A stretch of 49,538 nt of DNA from Chara braunii (Eukaryota; Plantae; Charophyceae): contig BFEA01000005.1 in assembly GCA_003427395.1 (NCBI GenBank), positions 3,951,292 through 4,000,829 on the forward strand. The letters are read 5' to 3'. The notes beneath the pieces were generated by a model. That model was not told the DNA's origin. It searched no databases and was given only the letters and a program-made list of their open reading frames with translations. Shown here one piece after another: positions 13,393 through 25,059 of this stretch. The position numbers and the translations under genes were made by a program. Every line of letters begins with the position of its first letter. The first letter of the stretch is position 1.

Positions 13393-13819
13393 TGTCGGTG
13401 CGAATACCCTTACAAGGGTATCCGCCCTGATTTTTGCAAGCGAAAAAAAATAAGTTTAGTTAAAAGTTTAAGTATACCACGCGAGTCGCGGCAGTGTCCG
13501 TTGTTTATGCGGCTGATGGTTGACTAGATTAAAGAGTGTGTGGGCGTGCGAATCTGAGACACGCGCGATGTTTTAAATTGTTGATGATTGTGAAAATCGG
13601 CGTTGGTCGCCGACTGGATTTTTATCTTAATTTAAATAGGGATTAAAAAAATTATGTCTCGCCTATGACTTGTGCGTACGTATGGGGGACGGCGTCGACA
13701 ACAGTGTAGCTTCTGAAATTGTTTTGGTAGGTCGGTGCGTCGTCCAGTGCCCGTTTATTTAGGCGTCTGTCGGAGCTGAACCCAGACTTGGACCTAGCAT
13801 CAGCGGTTACGGTGTTCGA

Positions 13820-16240
13820 CGGGGCTATCCCCCTTGATTTTGCCGGCGGTGACTTCGGAAAGCTTCTAATAATTTCCTTTCCCCTGTTCGCCATATTTCG
13901 ACGATTAAAAGTCTATATATTTTATTTGATTATTTGTATTGACGTTATTAATTTTTGCGTCAGTTATTTCTTGACTTGGACGTGGCACCGGGATTGGTGG
14001 CCGTCATGGCAGTCGAGGACCATGATCACGCGCCTCTTTGGCGGGCCCGTTTGAACTTCCTGCGTGTTCGAGATGTTGACGATATTCCTTTATCTTGTCC
14101 GTCTTAAGAAAGAGGGGCGAAAAAATTTATGTGCATTCGAGCGGATGGGTGATTGAACCGCAAGGCGGAAGAAACCTGAATGGCAGGGATTGCCGCGGCG
14201 AGCCCTCCGCCAACTACAGTCTGTAGTAGAAAGGAGCATGAGCACGGGTATTGGGTCCTACAAAAGGCTGATATGAGCCTGGGCAATGGCCGGGGCACTA
14301 GGAAGGGGCCTCACTATGGCTATGTTCGCCTGAAACCATGTTTCTACGAGGATTTTTCAAAGTCCTGATCTGGATAATTGCTACCATCATTGAGAGCCGC
14401 ACCGGGTCGGTGTGCCAGGGCCCGTACGGCAGGCCACGCCTCTGAATCTGTAACCTGCTATCTGTGAGGGGGGCGCCTCTTGCGGGTCAGAAGCGGTGGT
14501 GAGCTCCACCTGAGTAGAACGAGGCAGGTGTAGTAGGGGTTAGCACTGTTACTGCCGTAGGAATCATCTGTCGGGCTTGAGCATAGGGGCGAAAAGACCA
14601 GATGAACCACCTAGTAGCCGGTTCCCTTTGAAGTTTCCCGTGGGACAACCGAAGTTGTTCGGCAGCTCCGCTGCCCGGGTGTGGGACCGAGCGCCGCAGC
14701 CGGAGGAAACGTTGGGGGAGGCTGGCAACGACACAGATCGGGCAGTAGGTGCCTAGAAGCCCGCTCGTCGGCCTTGAGGTATAGGGCAAAAGGCTATCGG
14801 GTTGTCATGTAGTTGCTCTCCCCGAAAAGTCCCTGAGCGGAACAGTCGGGAAGGCTGCAACACTAAGGCGCTGATGGGCTGATGATGAAAGTGGTGAGAG
14901 GCCGTGAGCGTTATTGGTACGGGAAAGAAAAGGGTGAGGCTGATGCGGTGGTGAAAATGGGCCGAGTGAATCCGGACGAGAAAGTATGCCGGGTGAGTGC
15001 AGAGAAGGTGGCAAACTATGGCGAAGACAACGGGAGCATAGGAGTGAGAAACGTACAGCCCTCCCATTCCTTAGTGGAAATAGGCGGGGGAAGATGCGAT
15101 ATGGGGGTTTTGGAGTAGGGTGAATACGTTAGTAATGTTAGTTTTAGTAGTAGATTAGTAGAATAGGAGAAGAAAGAGAAGTTGGTGCGAGGAGCTATGG
15201 AGGAGACGAGAAGAAGAGGGAGGAAGAGTGTGTAGAATGGTCAGTTGGGTATGAAATTAGTCGGGGAGCGGGGCGTTCCTACTGTTTTAGGAGTAGGCGA
15301 ATCGGATTTTGAAGTCAGAATCGAAGGAAGGTTAGTAGATGAGCGGGTAGAAATGAAACAGGCAGCGTGGAGATGGCGGGAAGTATGAAGGAGGGAGAGT
15401 AGGAAAATGCCTACCTCCCTCGTTTCTGAGCGGTTTCGAACGAAGGGGAGCTCAATTCTGGGTTTTTTTGACTCTACGAAACAATCTATGGAGTTAGATT
15501 TGAGGATAAATGTTTAGTTTAGGCGGGGTGGTGGAACAAGGCTGCGCGCTGCATGACGAAAAACGACATCGAGAGCAGAGATAGAAATGACTGTGTATCT
15601 TCCCGAGCTTCAGGAGAAGATTCATGAACAAATTATACATTTAAAGATCGACAATTCTGCCGTTGCCCCTTACACCCGCCATCCTGGCCAATGCTCTGGA
15701 TGGGGTTAATCATCGTCATCAGGAGGCCAGCTGCGAGATTAAAAGACTTACCTGTTGAGTCGAAACACTTCTCACGTTGACGACGAAGCAACTCGGACAA
15801 GCGATGGGGTTGCAGACTAACAGACCGACCGGTGAGTCGTCGATATCATCAGCGGAGATGACAAAGACACTAGTCACGGGATGGGGGAAGGTGTGGCCGA
15901 TTATTTGCTAACGAATTGAAGCGAAGGACGAGAGAGAGTTCGAGGGAGGTGGGGCGCACGTACCTAAGGTTGTAGTGGGGCGAGGAGACTGCAAACGACA
16001 TAAGCAGGTGGTGGGTGGCAAACGGGGAGCGAACTACGGAAGGTGGAGACCCGTGTGCTAATCGTGCACTGCTCATTGAGCCACCGCTAGCAAAAAGGGG
16101 GGACGCCGCCCGTGGAAGTTAACGAAATGATTTAATTCACCAGTACGTCATATCTGGTGGTCGCTGCATTGGCTCACTTTATCGATAGAAGTGGCGGGAT
16201 GGTGCAGGCGGAGAAAGGGACGGTGTGAAGAGGGGCAACA
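13820..16240 (+). pseudogene. Degenerate, rearranged LSU (25S/28S) rRNA-derived mosaic inside the 5' LTR; not a functional rRNA gene
   Basis: Strongest match is 14576-14646 to the conserved LSU segment CTTGGGTATAGGGGCGAAAGACTAATCGAACCATCTAGTAGCTGGTTCC..GAAGTTTCCC (recalled consensus). Further weaker colinear anchors correspond to domains IV, V and VI. Confidence 0.7.
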
Positions 16241-17654
16241 ACCAACATTGGGTTGCAAATTGGGCAATAGGCGATTGACCCCAGAAGTTGGCAGCTTCAG
16301 ACTCGGATGCATCGATTCAACCACTATTGCTCACAACGACCTTGCCGAGCCACAGACTAGTAGTAGCTGCGTTCCCCACAGCCTAGGCGCCGAGTACATG
16401 TGAGAAGAGGAGGTACTATTGCTAAAATTATTGAGGGGTAGGAACGACTGTGGCAATTGGTGTAGGACCTTTACTGTAGACTGTGCTTGCCGACCTGACT
16501 GATAGCGGAGCGGGTCGCTAGTGTTTCCCGAACAGTTCAATCTATGAAACGCTGCTCATCATACTGATCGAAGCAGCCGCAGTGCAGGTCTAGCTGCGGG
16601 CTGGATGCTTGTTAGGACCGGGTGAGGGCTACACAGTCGACATCTACGCACACTCCCTCTGCTGCATGAACTGCTAGACCTCGTTGTCGTTGGCATTATG
16701 GCGTAAGAAAAGACCGTGCTCCTCAGCTTGGTCCGTATCTCAAGCTGTGGCTAGTGCGTTTTCGGAAACACGAGCTCGGCGGAGTGGCCGAGTCATTTAA
16801 GGAGGGGTCATCGTTGCGACTTGGAGAGTCGTCAGAAAGTCAACAGTTGAACGTTGGCTGCTGTTGGCAGTTGTTGGCTGCTGCTGGCTGTGGCAGACTG
16901 TTGCTGGCTGACTGCTGACGGCTACAGACCAGAGCAAACTGCCGCTATCTGACTGTTGACCGATACAGGTTGCCTCAGACTACTGTGTAGCGATGATTGG
17001 TCTAAAGAGAGATGCTGGGACTTATAGGGGTAAAAGGGGCTGTTGCGACAATTTGGAAGGTCGTCTGGGAGTTGAATTCAACAGTTTGACTTCAGGATTT
17101 GATCAAGCTGCTGCGGCCTGACCATCATTGTGGGGCCCTCAGGCGAGTGAAGGTATCGAGGTCCTCTCCTGGGAGTTGAGTTGTCCCTCTCTTGCATCTC
17201 GAGCGTCTGAAACTCCTTATCTTCTGCCCTTCTTACTCTAAGTCTAGTCCTGATCTGAGAAGAAGGCGGCAGGCAGGATTGCAACCCGTAGGACCGCAGC
17301 AAGGCCTACGTGGGAGGTTACCCCACCGATTGCGGGAGCTCTGCCGGAACTCAGGAGGGGTTCTGAAGGCAAGGATATGAGAGGTAACCACCCATTTCCC
17401 TCTATAAACTCATATTATAGCCCCTATCTGTATTGCCCATTGCATGTTTGAATGAGTATATGGTATACGGCCCTACTTTGACTTTTTGTCTTACTTTCAT
17501 GACTCAAAACCAGATTAAATAAAAGAATGGTTGATCAAGTTCAGTTTTAAACTTTGTTGACTGTGTGAAAGCAGACTGTTTAAAGAGATTGCATATGGGA
17601 AAGGGCAGGATGGGAAGCAGTCTTGCGTGAGGTTTGACTGGGTTATCACGGCTG

Positions 17655-18590
17655 GGAGGTCCCCATAAGTTTGGGGAGACCCAATGCTTTGTTTTATTTT
17701 GGACTGTGTGGAGCATCAGACCATTCTATAAGTTTAGGTGGTCTGATTGTTCTAAAGGCTGGGAAGTCCCCATAAGTTTTGGGAGACCTAGTGCTGTGGG
17801 TTTGTATTGAGAATCCGATCATTCTATAAGTTTAGGTTATCTGGTTGCTCTGACTTGCGAGGGCTGCTTGTGATTGACTTTTTCAGGGACCAAGTGTGTT
17901 CTGTAAGTTCAGGTGCCTTGGTTGCCTTGTTATTTTGGGTTTTCCTCTGTTTATTAGGTTCCGAACGAGGAGGTCTGAGCCATTCTATAAGTTTAGGTGA
18001 CTCAACCTCTTCCTGTTTTATTTTAAGGGAATGTACTTGACAAAGGGGAAGACCGTTCTATAAGTTTAGGTGGTCTAACCCAATGCCACACACATATTGG
18101 ATCAGAGAGAAACAAATCAGGCAGAGAGTCGGACTGTTCTGTAAGTTCAGGTGGTCTAACTTAAAGCCCGTATATGTTGGAACCCAATGATATAATTTGG
18201 CTATATTTTATTACTATCTTATTTATGAACAAGCTAGTCAGACTATTCTATAAGTTTAGGTAGTCTTACTATAACGTATCACAATGTGAAGAGAGTATAA
18301 CTAAGAGTATAATTGAACGTAACCTGAACCGACTGAGCATTGTTTCTAAGATGAATGAATCAGTCCTACGCCCGCTTTGAAGATTAAGTTCAGAGAGATA
18401 TATACAATCTGACTACTTAAACAGTTCAGGGCGACTAGAATGGTCTAGTCATATGCCCAAAGAAGAGAGAAGTAGTTGTGCCCTCTGTTATGTGTATGCT
18501 CTTTGGGTAAGTTGGACTTATTCCATAAGTTTGGGTGACTTGACTTTATGCCTGACTAAGTAAGACACATTCCATAAGTTTGGGTGTCCT
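17655..18590 (+). repeat. Array of about 11 interspersed hairpins with an invariant TAAGTT loop
   Basis: For example cagaccattcta-TAAGTT-taggtggtctg; the stems covary between copies. Confidence 0.8.
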
Positions 18591-21204
18591 AACCTTATGC
18601 CTTATGTGAGTTGGATATAAGGGGTTAAATCATTGAGAGATTATGAACTATTGTTTGTTTAGAGAAACTTTGGATGATGAGAGTACTTACCTTTGTGGTT
18701 TGACTTGCATGTGGCTGAGTGAGATGACTACCTGGTCTGAGTTTCAGTTTGATAGGTAGTTGCTTTAGTTGCTCGCCACGTGCTAGAGCCATAGGAGTTA
18801 GTTTCAGTTTCTGCATTGTCTAAGTTAAGTTTTTTTTACTTAGATTAATTTTCGCATTTTCTGGGATCTTTTATTATACTTGGTCTTATATAAATGTTGG
18901 TAAGCCACTTTCTCTACGGAAAGCGCTGCCGAAATGTCTACAAAACCAAGAAGTTAGTCAGACTCTGTCTTTTTCAGGGTCCAGTTCTTTTTTTTGACTT
19001 TTTGACTTAGTAAAAATCTGGAAAGTTTCACTTTCTAAAGGGAGTGCTGCCCAAATTTTTGCTAATTCAGTGAGTTAGACAAAATTAGACCTTGAAAAGT
19101 CGAAGTCATTTCTGAATCCAAACTTAGCTTTGTATAAATTCTGATATAGCACTTTCTCTACGGGAAGCGCTGCCGAAATTTTTACAAATCTAAGGAGTTA
19201 GTTAAATTTTGTCTTAACTGAACTCATGTTTTTATATTTGAGTTCATTTCTGACTTAGTATAAATCTGAAAAGAGTCTCCCTTTGTAGAGGAAGTGCTGC
19301 CCACTAATTCAGAGAGTTAGACAAAATTTCGACTTTCTATAATTTTGGGCTAGTGTAAATTCTGCGAGGGCACTTTTCCTACGGGAAGCGCTGCCGAAAT
19401 TTTCTTAATTTAGAGGGGTTAGATTATATTTTGACAGGTGGCGATTCTGGAAAATCCACTCTGTATAGGGGAGATTCTGCCACGGTCTACCTTTCCTTTG
19501 ACATTTGCTTAGAGGTAGACTTAGGCATTTGTTAATTAGGATGGTTTGGGTGAGATCGTGATAAGGAGATTATTCTCCCTGGACTCATAAACTTAGCTTG
19601 GGGGATTGGACTGTCATGTGTTACAGGTCCTCTTAATTGATTGATTTAGGATTTGGGCTAGATTCAGCTTGATCTTGCGAGGATCATCTTCTGCTATCAC
19701 TGATAACAGGTCAGTTGCCGATTCGTCGGTTTACGACTCAACCTCAATCCACCCTCAACATTCAACCTAAAAGGCTTTAGCCTTGGTGATTTTACTGTTT
19801 TGTTAAGGTTTCACCCAAAATTTTATTGAATGGTCATTTAACAAAGATACTGAGCATTTAATTATGGTTAGTTGGAGAGGAGGTTGGGGCTTGCATGGCT
19901 TAAGCAAGGGGTATGAGTGTAGAGGTTGGTTGAAGTTGACTTCGTGTAGTGCGTGGACTTTTTGTTTGACTCTTTGATGTGATGGCAGGTATGTATGGTG
20001 GCTCGGATCTGGATTGACCTGCCTATGATCATACATATGTATAAGTGGTTTTGAGGAGTCCCACTGTGATTGTGGGAAGTGATCGTCACATACTTATCCC
20101 CTTTATAAATATACAAAGACATATGTGCACCTATGTTGAGAGTTCGCGCGGCCTGAAGGGCCCGCGTATTAAGGGTTGAATAGAGGTTGAGGCTGAGAAA
20201 AGGCAGAAAACCCCCTCTTCCGATTGTATACTTGTTGATGATCTTTTAGTCGGACGTTGGTCTTGGGTCGGGATTCAAGGCCCTTGTCTAGGACATCCTA
20301 AGTCCTAGACTCTGCATAGAAGGGATAACCCCTCGGGCAGATTCTATTTGCCTTGCCTGTTGAGACATTCAGGCCAAGGGTCGGAGGTCTCACGGCGGTT
20401 GCACGGCTATTCCTTCAGCCATGCAATATCGTGAGGGAACAAACCATCACGACACTTCGAGTCTGACACATGAGTGTCATAAGCGGTACTCGGATCCACG
20501 AGGGACCGCTTGATTATGAGCACTACATAGTACGCCATCATTGCGACTGCTTGCGCGCGCTTGCATTGCGAGTCGATACGAGTAGGCCCTGCGTCCGTGC
20601 GGTTTTTTTACTAAGTCTTGCACGTGACGCCTATCCGAGATCCGCATCGGAGAGTTATGGGATGGCTACCGAGGGACTAGGAGTGTTGTCGCGATGTTTG
20701 TTCTGTGTCGTTTTGTGTACGTGTACGTATGTGTATTTTTTTATTTTTTTTAATGTTTTTTAGAGTGGTGTGTGCGTGGTGAGTGAGATACGTCCTAGTC
20801 GACCGACGTCGGACCGCGCTTGGAACTTCAACCCCCCAAGATGTCGGTTCGCGTGCGGGTCCAATAGAGGCGTATTACCGCGCGTACCCCCTATGCTACA
20901 ACGAACGAGAAACGCCCTCGACTGGTCCACCTCTGTGATTGCAACTGATTAGCTTTCGTATTGTGGACTGGTAGCTCGGCAGGGATATGCCCACCGAAGG
21001 AAGGTGATAACTCCCGTAAGGTGGAGGTAAGTCGTTCCTCGCTTAGCAGGGTATCGCGAGAGGTATGGCTGGCGCACTCGGCCGGAGCGGCTTGTAGAAG
21101 CTCCATGTATATTCGCGACGAGGATTAAGAACCAACTCCTGCGTGACGTGGCCGGGAGGGTCCCGCGCTGCCCAGTGCGGTGCTGGACCGATGTGCTCGA
21201 CAGG

Positions 21205-21222
21205 TGGCGTCGTTGCTGGGGA
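21205..21222 (+). promoter_or_regulatory. Primer binding site (tRNA-Asp)
   Basis: TGGCGTCGTTGCTGGGGA lies 2 nt after the LTR and is near-complementary to the plant tRNA-Asp(GUC) 3' end (..TCCCCGGCAACGGCGCCA). Confidence 0.85.
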
Positions 21223-21603
21223 CAACGAAAGCCTACCGTTGTCCCTGGTGGAACGATATCCGGGTATTGGATCGAGAAAATTAGGCATATAATGGAGATA
21301 TAAATAGACCGTGACATAGACTGTGTGGTGCTTTGTGTGACTATGTGCGAGATATTTGATTATTAATGACTTTGATTTGTAACATGATTTGATTGTATGA
21401 CTGGAAGGATTGTCAAGGAAGTCCTATGGTGGAAACAGACTCTATAAGGGCAAGCGTGGGAGTAAGGGTAGTGTTTGTTAGACCTAGGGAGTGTGGGAAT
21501 GATATAGGGAGCCCGATAAAAGTATGTTAAGCTAGGCTGCTGAGTAAAGCTGTCCTTTTTTTTTATATATACAGGGAAGTTGAGAAAGGAGCAGCCAACC
21601 AAG

Positions 21604-23259
21604 ATGTCGGGAGGTGTGGGCAACAGTTCGAGAAAGGTCGTGACGCTCGACGATCGTATCGAAACCCTGGATAGGCGAGAAAGAGCGCCAAGAAATGTTC
21701 TAAAGGTTGATACGTTCCACTTCAATGGAGAATTGGTCTCCGATTGGCTGGACCTGGTTGAGCAGGCGCTGGTGGGGTTGTCAGATGAAGTAAAATTCCA
21801 GCGAATTCTGAGGTACTTCCTTCACGGGCATCATCAGGAAGTGGGCAAGGTTGTGGAAGTCGCGAATGGCAGTTGGGCAAGGTTCAGGGATGGAATGCAA
21901 AGGAAGTACAGACTGAGTGATGGCCTGCTGACTACAACAGAGCTAGAGGCTATGAACAAGGATGACTTCACCACAATCAGGGCATTTGTGTAAGAATTTA
22001 AGAAAAAGGCGAGAAAAGTACATGGGATTTCTGAAGAAGCACAATGCGCTATTTTTTTGGGATTGCTCACTGCCTCAGAAGCGTCGGCGCTAACGAGCCA
22101 TGGACTCACTGCCTCAGAAGCGTCGGAGCTAACGGGCCATGGAGGTGGAAGTGCGAAGCTCACATGGGCTACTATTGACAAGGGAGTGGAGGATGGAAGT
22201 TTGGACCAGGTAGTGCAACACCAAATGCGCATGCGGAGGCGGAAGAGGAAGAAAAGGGACGCCACCGCGTCCGGAACCCCGGGGGTAAAGAGGATCGTCA
22301 CGGACGTGTTGGCAGAGTTAGGATATGGCAAGGATGCTGAGGTGCAGAAAAAGGTGGTGATCGTGGTCCAAGGTCGGGTGTCAGAGGTGGTGGACGAGGA
22401 GACCGGACACGACGACTACGGTGGGGAGGAGACAATCTCCCAGGTTCTGACCATGGCGCAGCGTAAGCAGCGCAATCTACTAACGGGCGGGCAAGGCTCT
22501 GGAAAGGGGCAGATCCCGCAGACGGTCGCGGCGCCTCCGACCGCCGTCGTGAGTGCGCCTATGTCAGCAGGGCCCTCGATGATGGGGCCACCAACATCAT
22601 ACAGACACTGGTTACCCTAGTACCCCATATCACCCTGACCCCCATATAACCAATGCAATTCATGGGGAGGGGGCCAAGTTCCCTCGGGGGCGATGGTGCC
22701 CTATTCAGGTCCACTGGCGAGTGCGGGACCACCAAGTTTCCCGGCAGCCCAGGGCCAATTCGCAACCCAACCTCCACCCTCGCAGCAGGTATTGGAGGCT
22801 AGCGTGGATGGAGGAGGGAACCAAGGGCAAGGCGGACGGAGCAATGGAGGCCGAGGCCAAGGAAGGAATGGCGGGGGTCGTGGCGGTGGATGGAATGGCC
22901 AAGGGGGCTAGGACCAAGGAGGCCAAGGTGGTCAGGAAGGGGGCCAAGGATATGGCAGGCCCTGCTTCGATTGGCGGAATGCCATTTGTCGGCATTGTGG
23001 CTATCAGGGCCACACTATACGGTTTTGCCAAGGGTGGCGCGACGATGAGCTCTCCGGGTTGATTTCCACTAATATGGACGGGGATATATACGACAAATTT
23101 GGGAAGTATATTGACCCAAAGACTCCAGGCGGAGTCAGGCAAGAGGTCCAGAGGCGAGCGGCAGCAGGACCAGCACCCCCGACAATGTTCAGAATGTGGC
23201 AGGAAAGAGAGGACCCGACCATAAGGGTCGAGGAGATTGTGGGGAGAACGAGGAGGTGA
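21604..23259 (+). pseudogene. gag: Gag (capsid and CCHC nucleocapsid) with several in-frame stops
   Basis: Capsid-like FHFNGELVSDWLDLVEQ...W.RF..GMQRKY; Gly-rich region; zinc knuckle CRHCGYQGHTIRFC at ~22987-23028. Confidence 0.88.
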
Positions 23260-24052
23260 CTCAGCGACTAAAGGCAGGGGCCATAAAGGAAGAGTCGATA
23301 GTCGTTAAGTCAGATGATGAGGAGAGAGGAGAGGAGGGAGATTCAGTCATAACCATTCTGGAGAAGATGGAGGACTTGCTGGGGAAAGTGGATAGGTACA
23401 AGCAAAGGTTAAAGAGTTTGTGTGATGAGACCAAGGAATGGAGGGCCAACCTCCTTGGAGTTTTCCTCTATGAGTTCGGGCCCGAATCATCGTCGGGGCA
23501 GCAAGGGTATACAAGGGTTGCGATTGTGGGGTCAGACCCTAGGTCGGGGATGACCTATAGGCCCCCCACGTCGCATGGAAGAGTGCCATAGGCAGCACGG
23601 ACCAGAAGCTAGAACAAGGCTGGAACCAGTCAAGTGCCCAGCCAGGCGCCTAGTCAGGCGCCCCCTCGAAGGGAACTTGAGCCCGAGCGCAGGAAGGAGG
23701 TGGTGGAAGTCCCAGAAGAGGAAGAGGAAGATGAAGACGAGGAGGATGAGAGGCTCCGACAAGAGGAAGACCGGCGGGCGGAGCTAAGAGTTAGGAAGAG
23801 AGGGGTTCATGAGGAAGTTGAGCCGCGGTTTGGCTAAAAGAGGGCTTTGATGTGGAAAGGGTGGTGGACAGACTCCTGGAAGGCCACAATGACCTGATAA
23901 ACTTGAAGGACATTTTGGCGTCAGCCCCAAGGCTCCGTGATGGTTTGAAGGGGCGGCTCTCGTGAAGATTAGTGCCCAATGTCCATCTGAGTACGATCCT
24001 GCCGAGGGAGGTAGAGTTGACTGAAGCAGGGACAAGCATGGAGTGAAAGTGT

Positions 24053-24520
24053 GTGGCGTGTGGCCAGGTGGATTTGGTGGTGAAGGATCAGAAGTGCACT
24101 AGAATGGTGGATACAGGCGCTGAAATGAACATCATCCGGGAAAGGGAAGCGATCATGCTGGGAATGGAGATCGACCGTTCGGACTACTGTATGCTACATG
24201 GCGCCAATTGCAAGGCGGTCTTTTGTGGCACGACGTCCAATGTGATCGTGGAGATTGACAAGGTACGAACAAGGACCTGTTTCTTTGTTATGCCGGATGT
24301 TGACCATTCTGTCCTCTTGGGTAGATCTTTCCTGTGCAGGACGGAAACACTGATTTTTAACAAGCACGATGGGACGATGATCCTACTCTTGTGCGACCCG
24401 GCCTGCGAGAACTACGAAGTCATTACTTGCCGGAACACAAGGGCGCGGAGTGGGAGGAACAGGCCTAACCCCGGCTCGTTCACCTTCGAGGAATCCGAAA
24501 ACGAGCGACGGAGGCTCTAG
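24053..24520 (+). pseudogene. pol: Aspartic protease domain of pol
   Basis: MVDTGAEMNII and VLLGRSFL motifs. Confidence 0.9.
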
Positions 24521-25059
24521 GAGCTGCCCGAGGTGGAAGGAGGGGCCGAAGTGCTGACGCTGAGCCTTATTGATGTAAATGAGGCTATGGAGGTGGTGGC
24601 AACGCATGACATGGCAGACCCCGAGGCCATTAGGGCGCTGAGGGAGCAGGTTTTAGAGAGCCCTTAAGTGAGAGAAGTGGAGCTGGTTTATCGACTTCCG
24701 GGTGGAAGGGGAGATCCTGCAATGGCACAAGCACAACACGCAAGCCGACCTTTTTTAGGGGACGGCTTAAGCAGGGTTCCCAAAGGCGGTACAAAACGGT
24801 AGATAAAAAGTGCCGCCCAGTTCCCGTGCTCATTACTGAAGATGAGGAAGCCTATTACGAGCGGGAACGAGGACTGATACGGCGCATGCGGGAGCAAGCA
24901 GCAAGTGCTTCGTGCCGTATCAACGATGAGAATGAAGGGAAGCTGATAATTGGAGAGCCTGACTTCCTTTTACCCTAGGAGAAGACTCTGATGGTGGAGC
25001 TAATGAAAAGGAGGCATCGCATTTACGCCTTTAATGACGATCAGCGTGGGAGACTGGAT

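Larger units (their letters stand above)
13393..21202 (+). repeat. 5' LTR of element 1 (7810 bp)
   Basis: Starts TGTCGG and ends TCGACA. Colinear with 30253-37497 and followed by the PBS. Confidence 0.93.

Noticed and set aside
14125-14435. Group II intron (GTGC..ATGGGTG start and GAGCCG...GTACGG domain V-like motif)
   Set aside because: The putative domain V does not form the canonical ~34-nt hairpin with the AC bulge, and there is no domain VI. LSU rRNA colinearity explains the region better.
13820-16240. Functional rRNA gene
   Set aside because: The blocks are permuted, duplicated and heavily diverged, with no 18S/5.8S/ITS context.
17655-18590. CRISPR-like repeat-spacer array
   Set aside because: The repeats vary in sequence, spacer lengths are irregular, and the array lies within an LTR.
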